The notes under the pieces were generated by a model. It did no database searches and had not been told where the DNA came from. It saw only the letters and a program-made list of their open reading frames with translations. A DNA stretch of 64,000 nt from a virus (taxonomy: Duplodnaviria > Caudoviricetes), in IMG/VR virus record IMGVR_UViG_3300028887_000075, positions 106,735 to 170,734 of that record, one strand, 5' to 3'. Positions 1-8,576 of the stretch are shown piece by piece (the first letter of the stretch is position 1; each line of letters starts with the position of its first letter). Made by a program: the position numbers and the translations under genes.

Positions 1-2
1 TA

Positions 3-326
3 TGGGATAATTCCGGCAACACCTGCGATGGGTGGCTACTTGCGTATATTCCCGGGCGAGATAAGCCAGCCATATCAAAACGGCATGTCTGGGTTCACTG
101 TGCCATACTCCCTCCTCCCCGCATTGCGACCAACCGCGAACTGCAGGCATGGTGCGCCCAGGGAAAGGGACAGGTACACTACTCCGGGGCAGTCAACGTC
201 CACTCGTTCTATTCCTACCAGAACGAGGAGGACGACACCCTGGTTACAAAGGATATTTCCGTGCGCAAGTGGGGGGATACCGTCTGGCACGAACCTACGA
301 CCGAATACCTGGGACTTACTGAATGA
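3..326 (+). CDS. hypothetical phage protein, 5'-truncated by window edge
   Basis: Open frame not in the ORF track (WDNSGNTCDGW...RIATNRELQAWCAQGKG...WHEPTTEYLGLTE*); its TGA overlaps the next ATG (ATGA). Confidence 0.7.
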   Translation, partial: WDNSGNTCDGWLLAYIPGRDKPAISKRHVWVHCAILPPPRIATNRELQAWCAQGKGQVHYSGAVNVHSFYSYQNEEDDTLVTKDISVRKWGDTVWHEPTTEYLGLTE

Positions 327-658
327 GCAATCCCGAGTCCATAGACTGGAAGGAAGTCCGCCGGAGAATCGCGGAGACTCCCGTCATCGTCCCTCCCGGT
401 CCCTCCCGGAAATCCCTGGAGAGGCGCCGTAGGAGAGACCGGGAGCGGTGGCGGAAGTACTACAAAGAGAACCCCGAGCACTGCCACGCCAGGCAGAAGG
501 AATGGGAACTGGCGAACCCGGAGAAGGTGAAGGCCAAGAGGCAACGGTGCTACGAGAAAATGAAGCAGGACCCGGTACGCCTCGAGAGGAAGCGCCAGAG
601 GAACCGGGAGTACAAGGCAAGGAAAAGACTTGAGAAACTGACCGCACAGGCGGCATAG
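323..658 (+). CDS. basic Arg/Lys-rich hypothetical protein
   Basis: 111 aa ORF coupled to the upstream gene; helical RK-rich repeats (YYKENPE, WELANPEKVK). Confidence 0.7.
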   Translation: MSNPESIDWKEVRRRIAETPVIVPPGPSRKSLERRRRRDRERWRKYYKENPEHCHARQKEWELANPEKVKAKRQRCYEKMKQDPVRLERKRQRNREYKARKRLEKLTAQAA

Positions 659-665
659 GAATACC

Positions 666-1142
666 ATGGCAAGGAAATACAAGAAATCCGTCTATTTCGG
701 CATAGTGGCAGATTGCGACTGCAGGGCAGTTGCCATGTGCAACCTGTTCTACGAGCCTTCCGGAAAGCCCCGTGTAGGCCATCTGAAGGCCGACCGGTAT
801 CAGGAATTCGACTACGACAGGTTCATGCGGAAAGGATATGCCGAAACCTCCCACGGATACACGGTATTGAAACGGGATGTCGACGTATTTGCCACTGCAG
901 CGAAAGCGTTCGGAAATGACGGGTTCAACCGGTTCATCGCCTCGATAATCCGACTGAGCGCACTGGAAGACGCCCTGGATGCACCGGGAGTGGGTGACCG
1001 GATACTCTACTTGGCCAAGATGAGCCTACACAGGACAGGAGGAAAGTTGGCACACATGGAACTAATGCATGACAGCATGCTCAGGCTGGACAAGTTCGTA
1101 CTGGACCGGGGGTTCGCTGCTACCAAGGAGTCACCCAAATGA
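666..1142 (+). CDS. hypothetical protein
   Basis: 158 aa ORF with AGGA RBS, in operon. Confidence 0.7.
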   Translation: MARKYKKSVYFGIVADCDCRAVAMCNLFYEPSGKPRVGHLKADRYQEFDYDRFMRKGYAETSHGYTVLKRDVDVFATAAKAFGNDGFNRFIASIIRLSALEDALDAPGVGDRILYLAKMSLHRTGGKLAHMELMHDSMLRLDKFVLDRGFAATKESPK

Positions 1143-1369
1143 CCATAGACTTCAACGAGATGTCCGACGACCGGTACTGGAACCAGGAACCGGTCCTTCT
1201 CCTTGTAGGAAATACCGTCCACGAGGCGATGTTCGAGAACAGCCGCGGGTGGTTTTACCTGTACAACCACATGCAGTTCACTGACGAGGGCGAATACGAG
1301 GACCTCCCGGACTATATCGACGAATACGATGAGCGTCTCCGGGGATGGGCGTTCGCCCGGCAGATATAA
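1139..1369 (+). CDS. hypothetical protein
   Basis: 76 aa acidic ORF, ATGA overlap, AGGAG upstream. Confidence 0.7.
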   Translation: MTIDFNEMSDDRYWNQEPVLLLVGNTVHEAMFENSRGWFYLYNHMQFTDEGEYEDLPDYIDEYDERLRGWAFARQI

Positions 1370-1402
1370 AAAACCGGTGTCCCAAAGGACACCGGCTTTT
1401 TC
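1368..1402. terminator. bidirectional intrinsic terminator
   Basis: AAAAAA-CCGGTGTCC-caaa-GGACACCGG-CTTTTTT between convergent genes. Confidence 0.85.
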
Positions 1403-1417
1403 TTATGGCAAACTCAA

Positions 1418-2092
1418 TCAGGCCCGCCGGACATCCACTATATTTTCCAGTTTCTTACTGGCTTCATGCATGTCCCTGGCCATGACCTTGACTTCCTCCT
1501 GTACGAGGTCGCTCCCCTTAATCTTCCTGTCCTGCATCTCCTGCCATGTCAGGTAGCGGGTCACAATGAAGGGGATTTCGGAGCGGTCGTCCTCGAACAG
1601 TTTCCTGACACGGTCGAACTTGTCCTTCGTTATCTCCTTGAACTGGATGTGGCGCATGTTGTTGTAGTCCAGCCTCACGGGGAACCTGTTCCCGAACACG
1701 TCGGTGCACGACATCTCTATGTATCCACGCCCGTACATCTCGTTAACCGCCCAGAATCCGTCGACGTATAGGTACAGCTTCTGCCTCCGGTAGACGGGCT
1801 CGCCACGGTTCGTATAGTTTTTCTCACCGTGGTGCGGCGCATAGGCCGATTCCGGCTTCTGGAAGTACGAACAGTTGTCAAACCTGGTACCTACCTGCTG
1901 TACGTCGATAAAGGCGATGTACCGCATGGCATATCTCTTGAAGAACCGGGCCACGAACCTGTCTCGGTCGGTCAGGTCGGCACCGTCGTTGAACGCGAAC
2001 TCCTTGTACTTCGTGTTGATGTACTCGGAATGCTCGGTGAAAGCCTTCCAGACGCGCTCGACTGTCTTCTGCGGTATCATGTCGTACTTCAT
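1418..2092 (-). CDS. hypothetical protein
   Basis: Likely start MKYDMIPQ at 2092, overlapping the upstream stop. Confidence 0.7.
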   Translation of the reverse strand: MKYDMIPQKTVERVWKAFTEHSEYINTKYKEFAFNDGADLTDRDRFVARFFKRYAMRYIAFIDVQQVGTRFDNCSYFQKPESAYAPHHGEKNYTNRGEPVYRRQKLYLYVDGFWAVNEMYGRGYIEMSCTDVFGNRFPVRLDYNNMRHIQFKEITKDKFDRVRKLFEDDRSEIPFIVTRYLTWQEMQDRKIKGSDLVQEEVKVMARDMHEASKKLENIVDVRRA

Positions 2093-2253
2093 CTGGATTC
2101 CTTTTGGGTAAATATGGCAGGCACCGGGTATATATGGTCGATGTACGGGCAGAATACCTCGGTAGTCACCGGGATGCTGGCACAAAGAATCTTCAGTCCC
2201 TTCTTGATGTCCCCCTCAGCTCCGGGAATCGGGTGTATGCCGATAGCGCTCAT
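2089..2253 (-). CDS. small hypothetical protein (54 aa, not in ORF track)
   Basis: MSAIGIHPIP...QKESR*, with AGGAG RBS and ATGA coupling to the next gene. Confidence 0.55.
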   Translation of the reverse strand: MSAIGIHPIPGAEGDIKKGLKILCASIPVTTEVFCPYIDHIYPVPAIFTQKESR

Positions 2254-2262
2254 GGTGGTCTC

Positions 2263-2625
2263 CTACATTGCGGCATTCATACCGAAGTTTGCGTTCCCCC
2301 AATTGACTGCCTGCTCCCGGGTTGCGAAGAAATGTATCCCTTCCGCGCAGTCGGTATGCGGGTTTGGGTCCAGGCTGGTCATGGCGGTATCGCCGATATT
2401 ATACGGGAATTCCTTGTTGAACCACGAGTGGGCTGCCGGGTCAAGTATCATCATGTTGCTATTCTGGCTAGACCAGAATTTTACCGGTACTATCTTGTCG
2501 GTCCGGTAGAAACCTCCCCCGGAATGCACCACGGTGGCATCCATCGGTATATCCAGTTCCAGGATGTACCATCTGAACTCGGTATAGCGGATAACCGCCT
2601 TGTATCCTTTGGTTGGGCGTTCCAT
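2263..2625 (-). CDS. DUF5758-like protein
   Basis: GYKAV...ILELDIP...CAEGIHFFATREQA resembles the C-x-x-GIHFF motif of DUF5758. Confidence 0.6.
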   Translation of the reverse strand: MERPTKGYKAVIRYTEFRWYILELDIPMDATVVHSGGGFYRTDKIVPVKFWSSQNSNMMILDPAAHSWFNKEFPYNIGDTAMTSLDPNPHTDCAEGIHFFATREQAVNWGNANFGMNAAM

Positions 2626-2626
2626 A

Positions 2627-2809
2627 TTATCTCCCGATGCATCCGATGTAGTCGATGAAAATGGGTTTATTGGCAAGTTCGGTCAGTTCTTCCGGTGACA
2701 GCCCGATGCCTCCACGGGGCGGCTGGGTGGCAGTCACGACAACACACGAATGTTTTATGACAAATTCGCGAATTTCCTTGTATTTCCTTTGTAGTTCGGT
2801 ATAATCCAT
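2627..2809 (-). CDS. small hypothetical protein
   Basis: 60 aa from MDYTELQ, with AGGAGGA RBS. Confidence 0.6.
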   Translation of the reverse strand: MDYTELQRKYKEIREFVIKHSCVVVTATQPPRGGIGLSPEELTELANKPIFIDYIGCIGR

Positions 2810-2810
2810 A

Positions 2811-3053
2811 TTAGTTTTCCTCCTTATGAGGTCCCCTCCGGTGTGCATCGCGTTCGTTGACTATGGAGAAGTCCACGCCGTTCTGCTTGCACAGGGCCTC
2901 GAAGTCGGCTATCTTCTCGTTCAGGTAGTATTCTTCCATTTCAGCCTTGAGTGACTCCCGGTCGCACTTCTGGGTGAGTTCCCTGAGCTGCTTCTGGTAC
3001 TTGCCGCAGAGCGCCTTCAGTTGGTCTATATTGTCAGGTATCTTTATTGCCAT
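2811..3053 (-). CDS. hypothetical coiled-coil protein
   Basis: Start MAIKIPD directly after a TTTGCTATATTTG motif. Confidence 0.65.
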   Translation of the reverse strand: MAIKIPDNIDQLKALCGKYQKQLRELTQKCDRESLKAEMEEYYLNEKIADFEALCKQNGVDFSIVNERDAHRRGPHKEEN

Positions 3054-3059
3054 ATGCCA

Positions 3060-3072
3060 CAAATATAGCAAA
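3060..3072 (-). promoter_or_regulatory. class I promoter motif TTTGCTATATTTG
   Basis: Motif occurs 13 times in the window, always intergenic; an upstream hairpin lies at 3075-3095. Confidence 0.7.
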
Positions 3073-3107
3073 AAAGTGGCCTAGTGCGGCCACTTGACTT
3101 CCTTTAC

Positions 3108-3695
3108 CTATACCTTCGATATGTAGTCGATTAGGTCGTACTTCATCGACTGTATAAGGCAGTTGTTGGTATCGTCCCCTGTGAACCTACCGAGCAGGTC
3201 ACATGACATGTCCTCGCTCAGGTGCAGGTATGACGGAATCTTGTCCGGCATTATCTTTTCCACCATTTCCTTCAGTTTCATAGCACAGGCTTCAAGTGTA
3301 GTCCCTTCCCTCTCGTTCGAGTCGCACAGCTTGCATATGGCAGTTCCACGTATGTAGTCGGCAAATTCATTTGCCAGTTCGGCGAGGAACTGGTTGACCA
3401 TCTCGGTAGTAACCTCTTCCCACGGGACTGGATATCTGCCGCCATATAGTTTGAGTGGAGTATTGGCCTTCCCGCAGTACAGGAAATACTCGCTGGCTAT
3501 GTAGTATTCCGTGCCGTCCGGAGCATACAGGTTTGTCCTGAGGTTCGTAGCATACACTGCCTTGATGTACTTCTCGAGCATATCCAGTTCTGGCCCGGGA
3601 TACTCGGAGATGGCCCGGGAGAACTCGTAGATGTTCCACTTGGGCGGTTCGATAGGCGGTTCCATCGCGTCAATGAAATCTTCTGTGTTGCTCAT
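3108..3695 (-). CDS. hypothetical protein
   Basis: 195 aa ORF in a tightly packed minus-strand operon. Confidence 0.7.
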   Translation of the reverse strand: MSNTEDFIDAMEPPIEPPKWNIYEFSRAISEYPGPELDMLEKYIKAVYATNLRTNLYAPDGTEYYIASEYFLYCGKANTPLKLYGGRYPVPWEEVTTEMVNQFLAELANEFADYIRGTAICKLCDSNEREGTTLEACAMKLKEMVEKIMPDKIPSYLHLSEDMSCDLLGRFTGDDTNNCLIQSMKYDLIDYISKV

Positions 3696-3698
3696 ACG

Positions 3699-4106
3699 TC
3701 ACTCCATCGGCGTCTGCCACATGTAATCATTTGTGAAATACAGGGACCACGGGCCCATCACGATATGCCCGTCGTAGTATCCGTTGAGAAGCACCTTGAA
3801 CGGCTTCCCTTCCTTTTCCATGTACGGGATGAGGGTGTTCAGGGTCTTTCCTGGTGCCGAGTCATACAGCTCAACCTCGACGGACCACTTGCCGTCGGCA
3901 CCCTTCTCGGGCTTCCCGGTTACCTTCCCGGCAACCTTGCCCATGTCCAGCTCGAACGGTGCGCGTACCTGGCCATAGGTGACGTACAGTTCCGCTATCA
4001 CCGGCCAGTCAGTCCTGCGGCGTGCCTCCACCGAAGCCATATACCGTTCCACCAGTTCGTCCGAGGTATGCCCCGGGAGCTCCGGGATAATCATCTCGAA
4101 CTTCAT
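3699..4106 (-). CDS. hypothetical protein, weak resemblance to part of a gp21-type prohead protease
   Basis: FELDMGKVAGKVT...VELYDSAPGKTLNTLI resembles (L/I)DRVSHKIT...ILDTPMGKIL; catalytic residues not evident. Confidence 0.35.
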   Translation of the reverse strand: MKFEMIIPELPGHTSDELVERYMASVEARRRTDWPVIAELYVTYGQVRAPFELDMGKVAGKVTGKPEKGADGKWSVEVELYDSAPGKTLNTLIPYMEKEGKPFKVLLNGYYDGHIVMGPWSLYFTNDYMWQTPME

Positions 4107-4109
4107 ATG

Positions 4110-4454
4110 TCATTCTCCCGTGGCAGGACTGTATTCCTCATGGCCGGTGATGCCAATCATTACTTCCTGCTTGTATATGGTGTATCCTTCTTCTGCAAGG
4201 CGACTGACCTGGGCCTTCGCCTCGCCGATATCCTTGGTTTCCAGGTAGGCTTCCTCGTAAGGCCTTCGGAACTCCACCTGGTTATACCGGGAGGTCAGTA
4301 TGCGGGTGGCCGTACCGTTCTTGCATTCCCGGGAGAACCATACGGTATACTGGGACTTGCCTATAAGCCTATTGCTGGCACTGATACCGTCGGGCAGCCG
4401 GAAACCCGGATACGCCGAAGCTATCATGGAGACTACGGTAGGTACTGCTATCAT
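4110..4454 (-). CDS. hypothetical protein
   Basis: Start MIAVPTVV with AGGAG RBS, ATGA overlap. Confidence 0.65.
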   Translation of the reverse strand: MIAVPTVVSMIASAYPGFRLPDGISASNRLIGKSQYTVWFSRECKNGTATRILTSRYNQVEFRRPYEEAYLETKDIGEAKAQVSRLAEEGYTIYKQEVMIGITGHEEYSPATGE

Positions 4455-4723
4455 GGGTTCTCCTTTCTGAAGTAGATGTTGTTGGCCTTGATGATAGGCT
4501 GACCGCCCCAGTAGCATTTATCACCGAATTTCAGCATGAAGTCCCACAGCTGCATCTTGGCCAGCTGCTTCTTCTCACCATCCACCATGTAGTCGGCCAC
4601 GTGGTACTTGATGAAGTCAGCCAGTCCCTGGGGGTCGTCCCCTAACGCCTCGAGCGTCCCCTTGTTCAGCTCGAAGTAGATTGTATCGTTCAGGTTCACC
4701 GTGCTAAGGTTGAGTTCTTCCAT
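4451..4723 (-). CDS. hypothetical protein
   Basis: Start MEELNLS with GGAGG RBS. Confidence 0.7.
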   Translation of the reverse strand: MEELNLSTVNLNDTIYFELNKGTLEALGDDPQGLADFIKYHVADYMVDGEKKQLAKMQLWDFMLKFGDKCYWGGQPIIKANNIYFRKENP

Positions 4724-4733
4724 GTTGTCCTCC

Positions 4734-5030
4734 CTATATTCTATATTCCTGTATGCTGAGCAGGGTATCGGTTGCCGGTTTCCCGTTACACCTGAACCGG
4801 AAACGGGATGTGCCGGTAAGCATAAGGTGGTCAAGGGCATTCAGCCTGTCGGTGATGCGGTCGGAGGCGAACGTTATTTCGTTGTCCGTATCCGCGTCGA
4901 ATACAGTTACACACGAACCGCTAAGTAATCGGTACGCCTCATCCGTGAAATGTATGGATAGGTCCTCCCGCTTGAACCCGTGCGATACGATATGGCCGGT
5001 ATATAGCGACGATTCCAGTAAAAATACCAT
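4734..5030 (-). CDS. hypothetical protein
   Basis: 98 aa, AGGAG RBS, class I promoter upstream. Confidence 0.65.
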   Translation of the reverse strand: MVFLLESSLYTGHIVSHGFKREDLSIHFTDEAYRLLSGSCVTVFDADTDNEITFASDRITDRLNALDHLMLTGTSRFRFRCNGKPATDTLLSIQEYRI

Positions 5031-5051
5031 GTTTGGCTCCTTGGTTTGCTA

Positions 5052-5096
5052 CAAATATAGCAAAAACTGGGGCTACCGGGAAAATTGCTATATTTG
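5052..5096. promoter_or_regulatory. back-to-back divergent class I promoters
   Basis: CAAATATAGCAAA (5052-5064, minus) and TTGCTATATTTG (5085-5096, plus). Confidence 0.75.
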
Positions 5097-5100
5097 TGGC

Positions 5101-5754
5101 ATGAAGAAACAGGAACTATTCAACCTTCCGGAAGAAGGTGCCGAACTCATCCGGCTATACGATGAAATCAAGAACACTGACGACAGCCAGTTCGTCAACC
5201 CGGCCAGCAAGAAGGAACGCTTGCTTGGTATGGTAGATGAATTGCATGCCGCTCTGCAACAGGTAGATGACGGAAATGCGTCCTTCGACTATGTGGCGCA
5301 TATTGCCTCCGACTTGCTTGCGCAGTGCAATGCCAAGGAAGCAAAGGTCAGGTACGACAAGACCAAGGACCAGATGCTCGGCGAAATAGTGGCCAAGCTC
5401 CGGCCGATTGTCACCGATGCCTTGCTGGGAAAGAACGTATGCGTAAAGGGCGGTCCGGACAATTTTCAGTATTTCAAGGTATACGAGGTCATCGTCAAGA
5501 GGTATGCGTTTAACGAGCTATGTATACTTTTCAAGGGGTTGGGCTTCGAAATATGGCCAAAGGCGTTCAACTGTAAAGGAAATGCTTTCCCTACATTCGG
5601 CGCAAAGTCCGGACATGGCGTGCGGCTTGTACTAACCGGGAAAGACCCGTTTGCCGATGAATGGCTATACGTGCTTTCCGACGAGGAAATGACAAGGGTG
5701 TTCCGCACCACAATCGACGACATGGCCAAGACCATGGAAATACCGGGGTACTGA
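5101..5754 (+). CDS. hypothetical protein
   Basis: Start MKKQELF 4 nt after the promoter motif, so probably leaderless. Confidence 0.7.
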   Translation: MKKQELFNLPEEGAELIRLYDEIKNTDDSQFVNPASKKERLLGMVDELHAALQQVDDGNASFDYVAHIASDLLAQCNAKEAKVRYDKTKDQMLGEIVAKLRPIVTDALLGKNVCVKGGPDNFQYFKVYEVIVKRYAFNELCILFKGLGFEIWPKAFNCKGNAFPTFGAKSGHGVRLVLTGKDPFADEWLYVLSDEEMTRVFRTTIDDMAKTMEIPGY

Positions 5755-5770
5755 TTGGAAGGAGTAATCT

Positions 5771-6226
5771 ATGTGGGGATGCGTAAATGGATATCCATTC
5801 GGCTCGTCCGCCGGAGACAATGAGGTCAGAAATATTCTACAGCCGGTACTGGACAAGTACCCGGAAGCGAAGCTGGACTACGACGAGTTCCATTCGATTA
5901 CCCTGGAGTATTTTGGCCATACAATGCACTTGGAAGCCATATTCTTCCCTTTTGATGAGCGTCATGTGGCCGAGATAGTGGACTCGTGCATACGGTGTGC
6001 TTCAAAGGAACAACTGTTCTACGACCGTCTGGAATATCTCAAGGAGATATTTGATAGGTTCCCAAGCGCGTTCATGGACATAGACAAGGACGGACGGCTT
6101 GTACTGGACTACCACGGTCGGCAGTATGACCTGGAGACCGTATATGACGTGAGGGATTCGCTTAGGCTCCTATTGCTTGCTAAGGACATGAGGGCGAATG
6201 ACGAGTATGACGCGAGGGAAAAGTAA
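5771..6226 (+). CDS. hypothetical protein with internal duplication
   Basis: LDKYPEAKLDYD...LEYFG and FDRFPSAFMDID...LDYHG form a repeat; AGGAG RBS. Confidence 0.7.
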   Translation: MWGCVNGYPFGSSAGDNEVRNILQPVLDKYPEAKLDYDEFHSITLEYFGHTMHLEAIFFPFDERHVAEIVDSCIRCASKEQLFYDRLEYLKEIFDRFPSAFMDIDKDGRLVLDYHGRQYDLETVYDVRDSLRLLLLAKDMRANDEYDAREK

Positions 6227-6255
6227 TACAACAACTAATTAATGGAGATAGCCAG

Positions 6256-6792
6256 ATGATTACCTTTGAAGAAGCACACAGGATACTGGACAGGGTCGAG
6301 CAGAAGAGCAAGGACCAGAAAGCCGTGGCAATCGAGCGGTTCGACCGGTTCATCCACACGATGGCACTGTACCACGAGGACTTCAGCAAGACATGCGAGC
6401 TCGCCATGCGTAGGTACCGCATGAACCATCCTAATGGCGACGACGAGAATTTCTGCTACGGCAGCATCGACACAAATCCCGTATTTCTGCAAGCAGTTCA
6501 TGACGAAGCAGGCAATATGGCCATTTCCCTCGCCGTATTTAAGCATACCGACTATGGCCAGTACCAGATTGTTCTTCTTCCAAACGGGCACATCCGGCTG
6601 GACGGTCAGTGGACTACCATCGAAAAACTCAGGGACCGCCTCTGCGGAACCGACGACCTCAACAGTAACGTAATGGTTAACGTGCCGATTACTTTCATGT
6701 ACCTCCTCGACTGGCTGGAAGTGATGGTTCCAGATAGGCTTGGACAACTGAAAGTTCTACTGCTGGAATTTATAGAAGCACTGGAGAAATAA
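6256..6792 (+). CDS. hypothetical protein
   Basis: 178 aa, GGAG RBS. Confidence 0.7.
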   Translation: MITFEEAHRILDRVEQKSKDQKAVAIERFDRFIHTMALYHEDFSKTCELAMRRYRMNHPNGDDENFCYGSIDTNPVFLQAVHDEAGNMAISLAVFKHTDYGQYQIVLLPNGHIRLDGQWTTIEKLRDRLCGTDDLNSNVMVNVPITFMYLLDWLEVMVPDRLGQLKVLLLEFIEALEK

Positions 6793-6857
6793 CATGACAA
6801 CCCAGAAAAATACACCCAAGAAGACCCTGGATGCCGGCAAACACAAGGAAACGTAAT

Positions 6858-7025
6858 ATGACCAGATTCACGCGTGAACTCGAAGAGCTCAAGAAGCTCG
6901 CCGACAATAGAGATACTGAAGTGGCGCACCTGAACGCTGATGGTATTCTCTGCGATATTCTTAAGAAGCTCGGCGAAGAAGACATAGTGAAAGCGTACAA
7001 TGCCGTCAAGAAGTGGTATGCATAA
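6858..7025 (+). CDS. small hypothetical phage protein
   Basis: MTRFTRELEE...DTEVAHLNADGILCDIL...VKKWYA. Confidence 0.7.
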   Translation: MTRFTRELEELKKLADNRDTEVAHLNADGILCDILKKLGEEDIVKAYNAVKKWYA

Positions 7026-7047
7026 TGAATAACCGAGGAATAGAAGC

Positions 7048-7326
7048 ATGGCCACTCAGAAAAAGACACCCAAAAAGACCCTGGACGACGCCATCAAGGC
7101 GCTATCCAAGGCAAAGACCAAGAAACAAATTTCGAAGTGCGCCGGTGAAGTCATAAAGCTGGCCGAGGAGAAGCCCGAACGGACGAGGACCAGCCCGAAG
7201 TATTCCCGCTTCATAAAGGCCACCCCCGACCTGAAGGGCAGGCTCGTCACCAGGTTCTACGTGGACAGGACCCTCGACTTCTATGTCACCGATGTGAACT
7301 ACCGCCGCCCTTTAGGGCGGCGGTAG
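7048..7326 (+). CDS. basic hypothetical protein; C-terminus supplied by an IS-end palindrome
   Basis: 92 aa; the last codons (VNYRRPLGRR*) lie inside the 7292-7333 palindrome. Confidence 0.55.
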   Translation: MATQKKTPKKTLDDAIKALSKAKTKKQISKCAGEVIKLAEEKPERTRTSPKYSRFIKATPDLKGRLVTRFYVDRTLDFYVTDVNYRRPLGRR

Positions 7327-7333
7327 TTCACAT
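7292..7333. repeat. perfect inverted repeat built from IS200/IS605-type right-end sequence
   Basis: ATGTGAACTACCGCCGCCCT-tt-AGGGCGGCGGTAGTTCACAT with 20-bp arms; same core as 9499-9560 and 33810-33870. Confidence 0.85.
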
Positions 7334-7419
7334 GAAAATGGCTATTTCAGCCAAAATACCCAGGAAAAAAATACATTACCAATTTTCAAAAATCGCGTCG
7401 ATTTCCACAAAAAACGGTA

Positions 7420-7426
7420 TAGTTTC
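7420..7426 (+). promoter_or_regulatory. class III upstream motif TAGTTTC
   Basis: Also at 23611, 45999, 58264 and 60833 (TAGTTTT variant at 13699), each 24-31 nt before an ATG. Confidence 0.5.
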
Positions 7427-7453
7427 CTGTACAGAAAACCAACGAGGCCATCA

Positions 7454-8542
7454 ATGTACAGGGGAATATACAACCTCCGCTCCGCAGACGACAACATTAT
7501 ACTCACCGCCGAGCAACTAGAAGAAAGCATCAAGTGCTCCAAGGACCCGGTGTACTTTTTCAGGAACTACTGCTATATACACAATGCGAGACAGGGACTG
7601 CACCTGTTCCAGCCACGACCCAGACAGCTGGCAGAAATCCCGGTGCTTTCATCGGAGAAGATGGTCAAGTCCGACTGGTACCGGCAATCCGGATATACCA
7701 CGCTGGTACTGGCGCTCATGCTATGGAAGGCGATGTTCACCGCAAATACCGCATGCCTATACATGATACCCAAGAAGGAACTGGCATACGAAAACTTCAA
7801 CGAGAAGGTCCGCCAGATGTACCTCGCGCTCCCTGAATGGCTACAGACGGGAGTCAAGGAATGGACGCACGAGAGGATAAGGCTAGCAAACGGTAGCATT
7901 TTCTGTGCCAAGGCGGCATCCGCCGACAATGCGGCTGGTATAGGATGGGACTACATATTCATCGACGAGTTTGGCTGGATTAAGGACAAGGCCATGATGG
8001 AAATAGTCAACCGGCTGTTCCCGGTCGCCTGGTCCTCGAAGAAACAGCACCTGATACTGGGCCAGAGCCACCGGTTCGGACGGCAGACACCCGCCAACCT
8101 GCTGTTCTGGCAGAACAACACGCTGCCGTTCCACGTGTCCGAGTTCACATGGGACCAGGATGAGCGGCTGGACGCGAAGTGGGCAGAAGCGGAGAGGCTG
8201 CGTATCGGGGACCGGAACTTCGAGAAGCAATACTGCGGGAAGATAGAGATGAAGGACGACCCGGACGGACTCCCTGAACAGTTCGGCAGGTGGACCGTAT
8301 GGGCGGAGGGAAAGTTCCCGGATGTCAAGGAACGCTCCGGAGGAAGATACATTTGTACTGTAGCAATGTTCAGCCGGTCCACCGGCCTGCCGGTAGGCAC
8401 ACCGCATATAGATGTGCTGGCCGCGGATGGCAACGGCGTGTTCCACGGGCTGTTCAGCGACGACGGGACATACGAGAAGGTAGTCGCATGGATGCCAGCA
8501 CCGGAGATACCCGGGGAAGTCCGGGAGATTTACGGGGAGTGA
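7454..8542 (+). CDS. degenerate terminase-large-subunit ATPase domain (gp17-like) fused to a DUF551-like tail
   Basis: KCSKDPVYF..NYCYI, RQSGYTT (Walker A K replaced by Y), IRLANGS, IFIDEFGW; no RNase H nuclease domain; C-terminal VVAWMPAPE. Confidence 0.7.
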   Translation: MYRGIYNLRSADDNIILTAEQLEESIKCSKDPVYFFRNYCYIHNARQGLHLFQPRPRQLAEIPVLSSEKMVKSDWYRQSGYTTLVLALMLWKAMFTANTACLYMIPKKELAYENFNEKVRQMYLALPEWLQTGVKEWTHERIRLANGSIFCAKAASADNAAGIGWDYIFIDEFGWIKDKAMMEIVNRLFPVAWSSKKQHLILGQSHRFGRQTPANLLFWQNNTLPFHVSEFTWDQDERLDAKWAEAERLRIGDRNFEKQYCGKIEMKDDPDGLPEQFGRWTVWAEGKFPDVKERSGGRYICTVAMFSRSTGLPVGTPHIDVLAADGNGVFHGLFSDDGTYEKVVAWMPAPEIPGEVREIYGE

Positions 8543-8576
8543 GTTGGGGGCTACCGGGAGACTACCGGGAGGCCAC

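Noticed and set aside
28-432. ORF 28-432 from the track
   Set aside because: A different frame (3-326) gives a more protein-like product coupled to the next gene.
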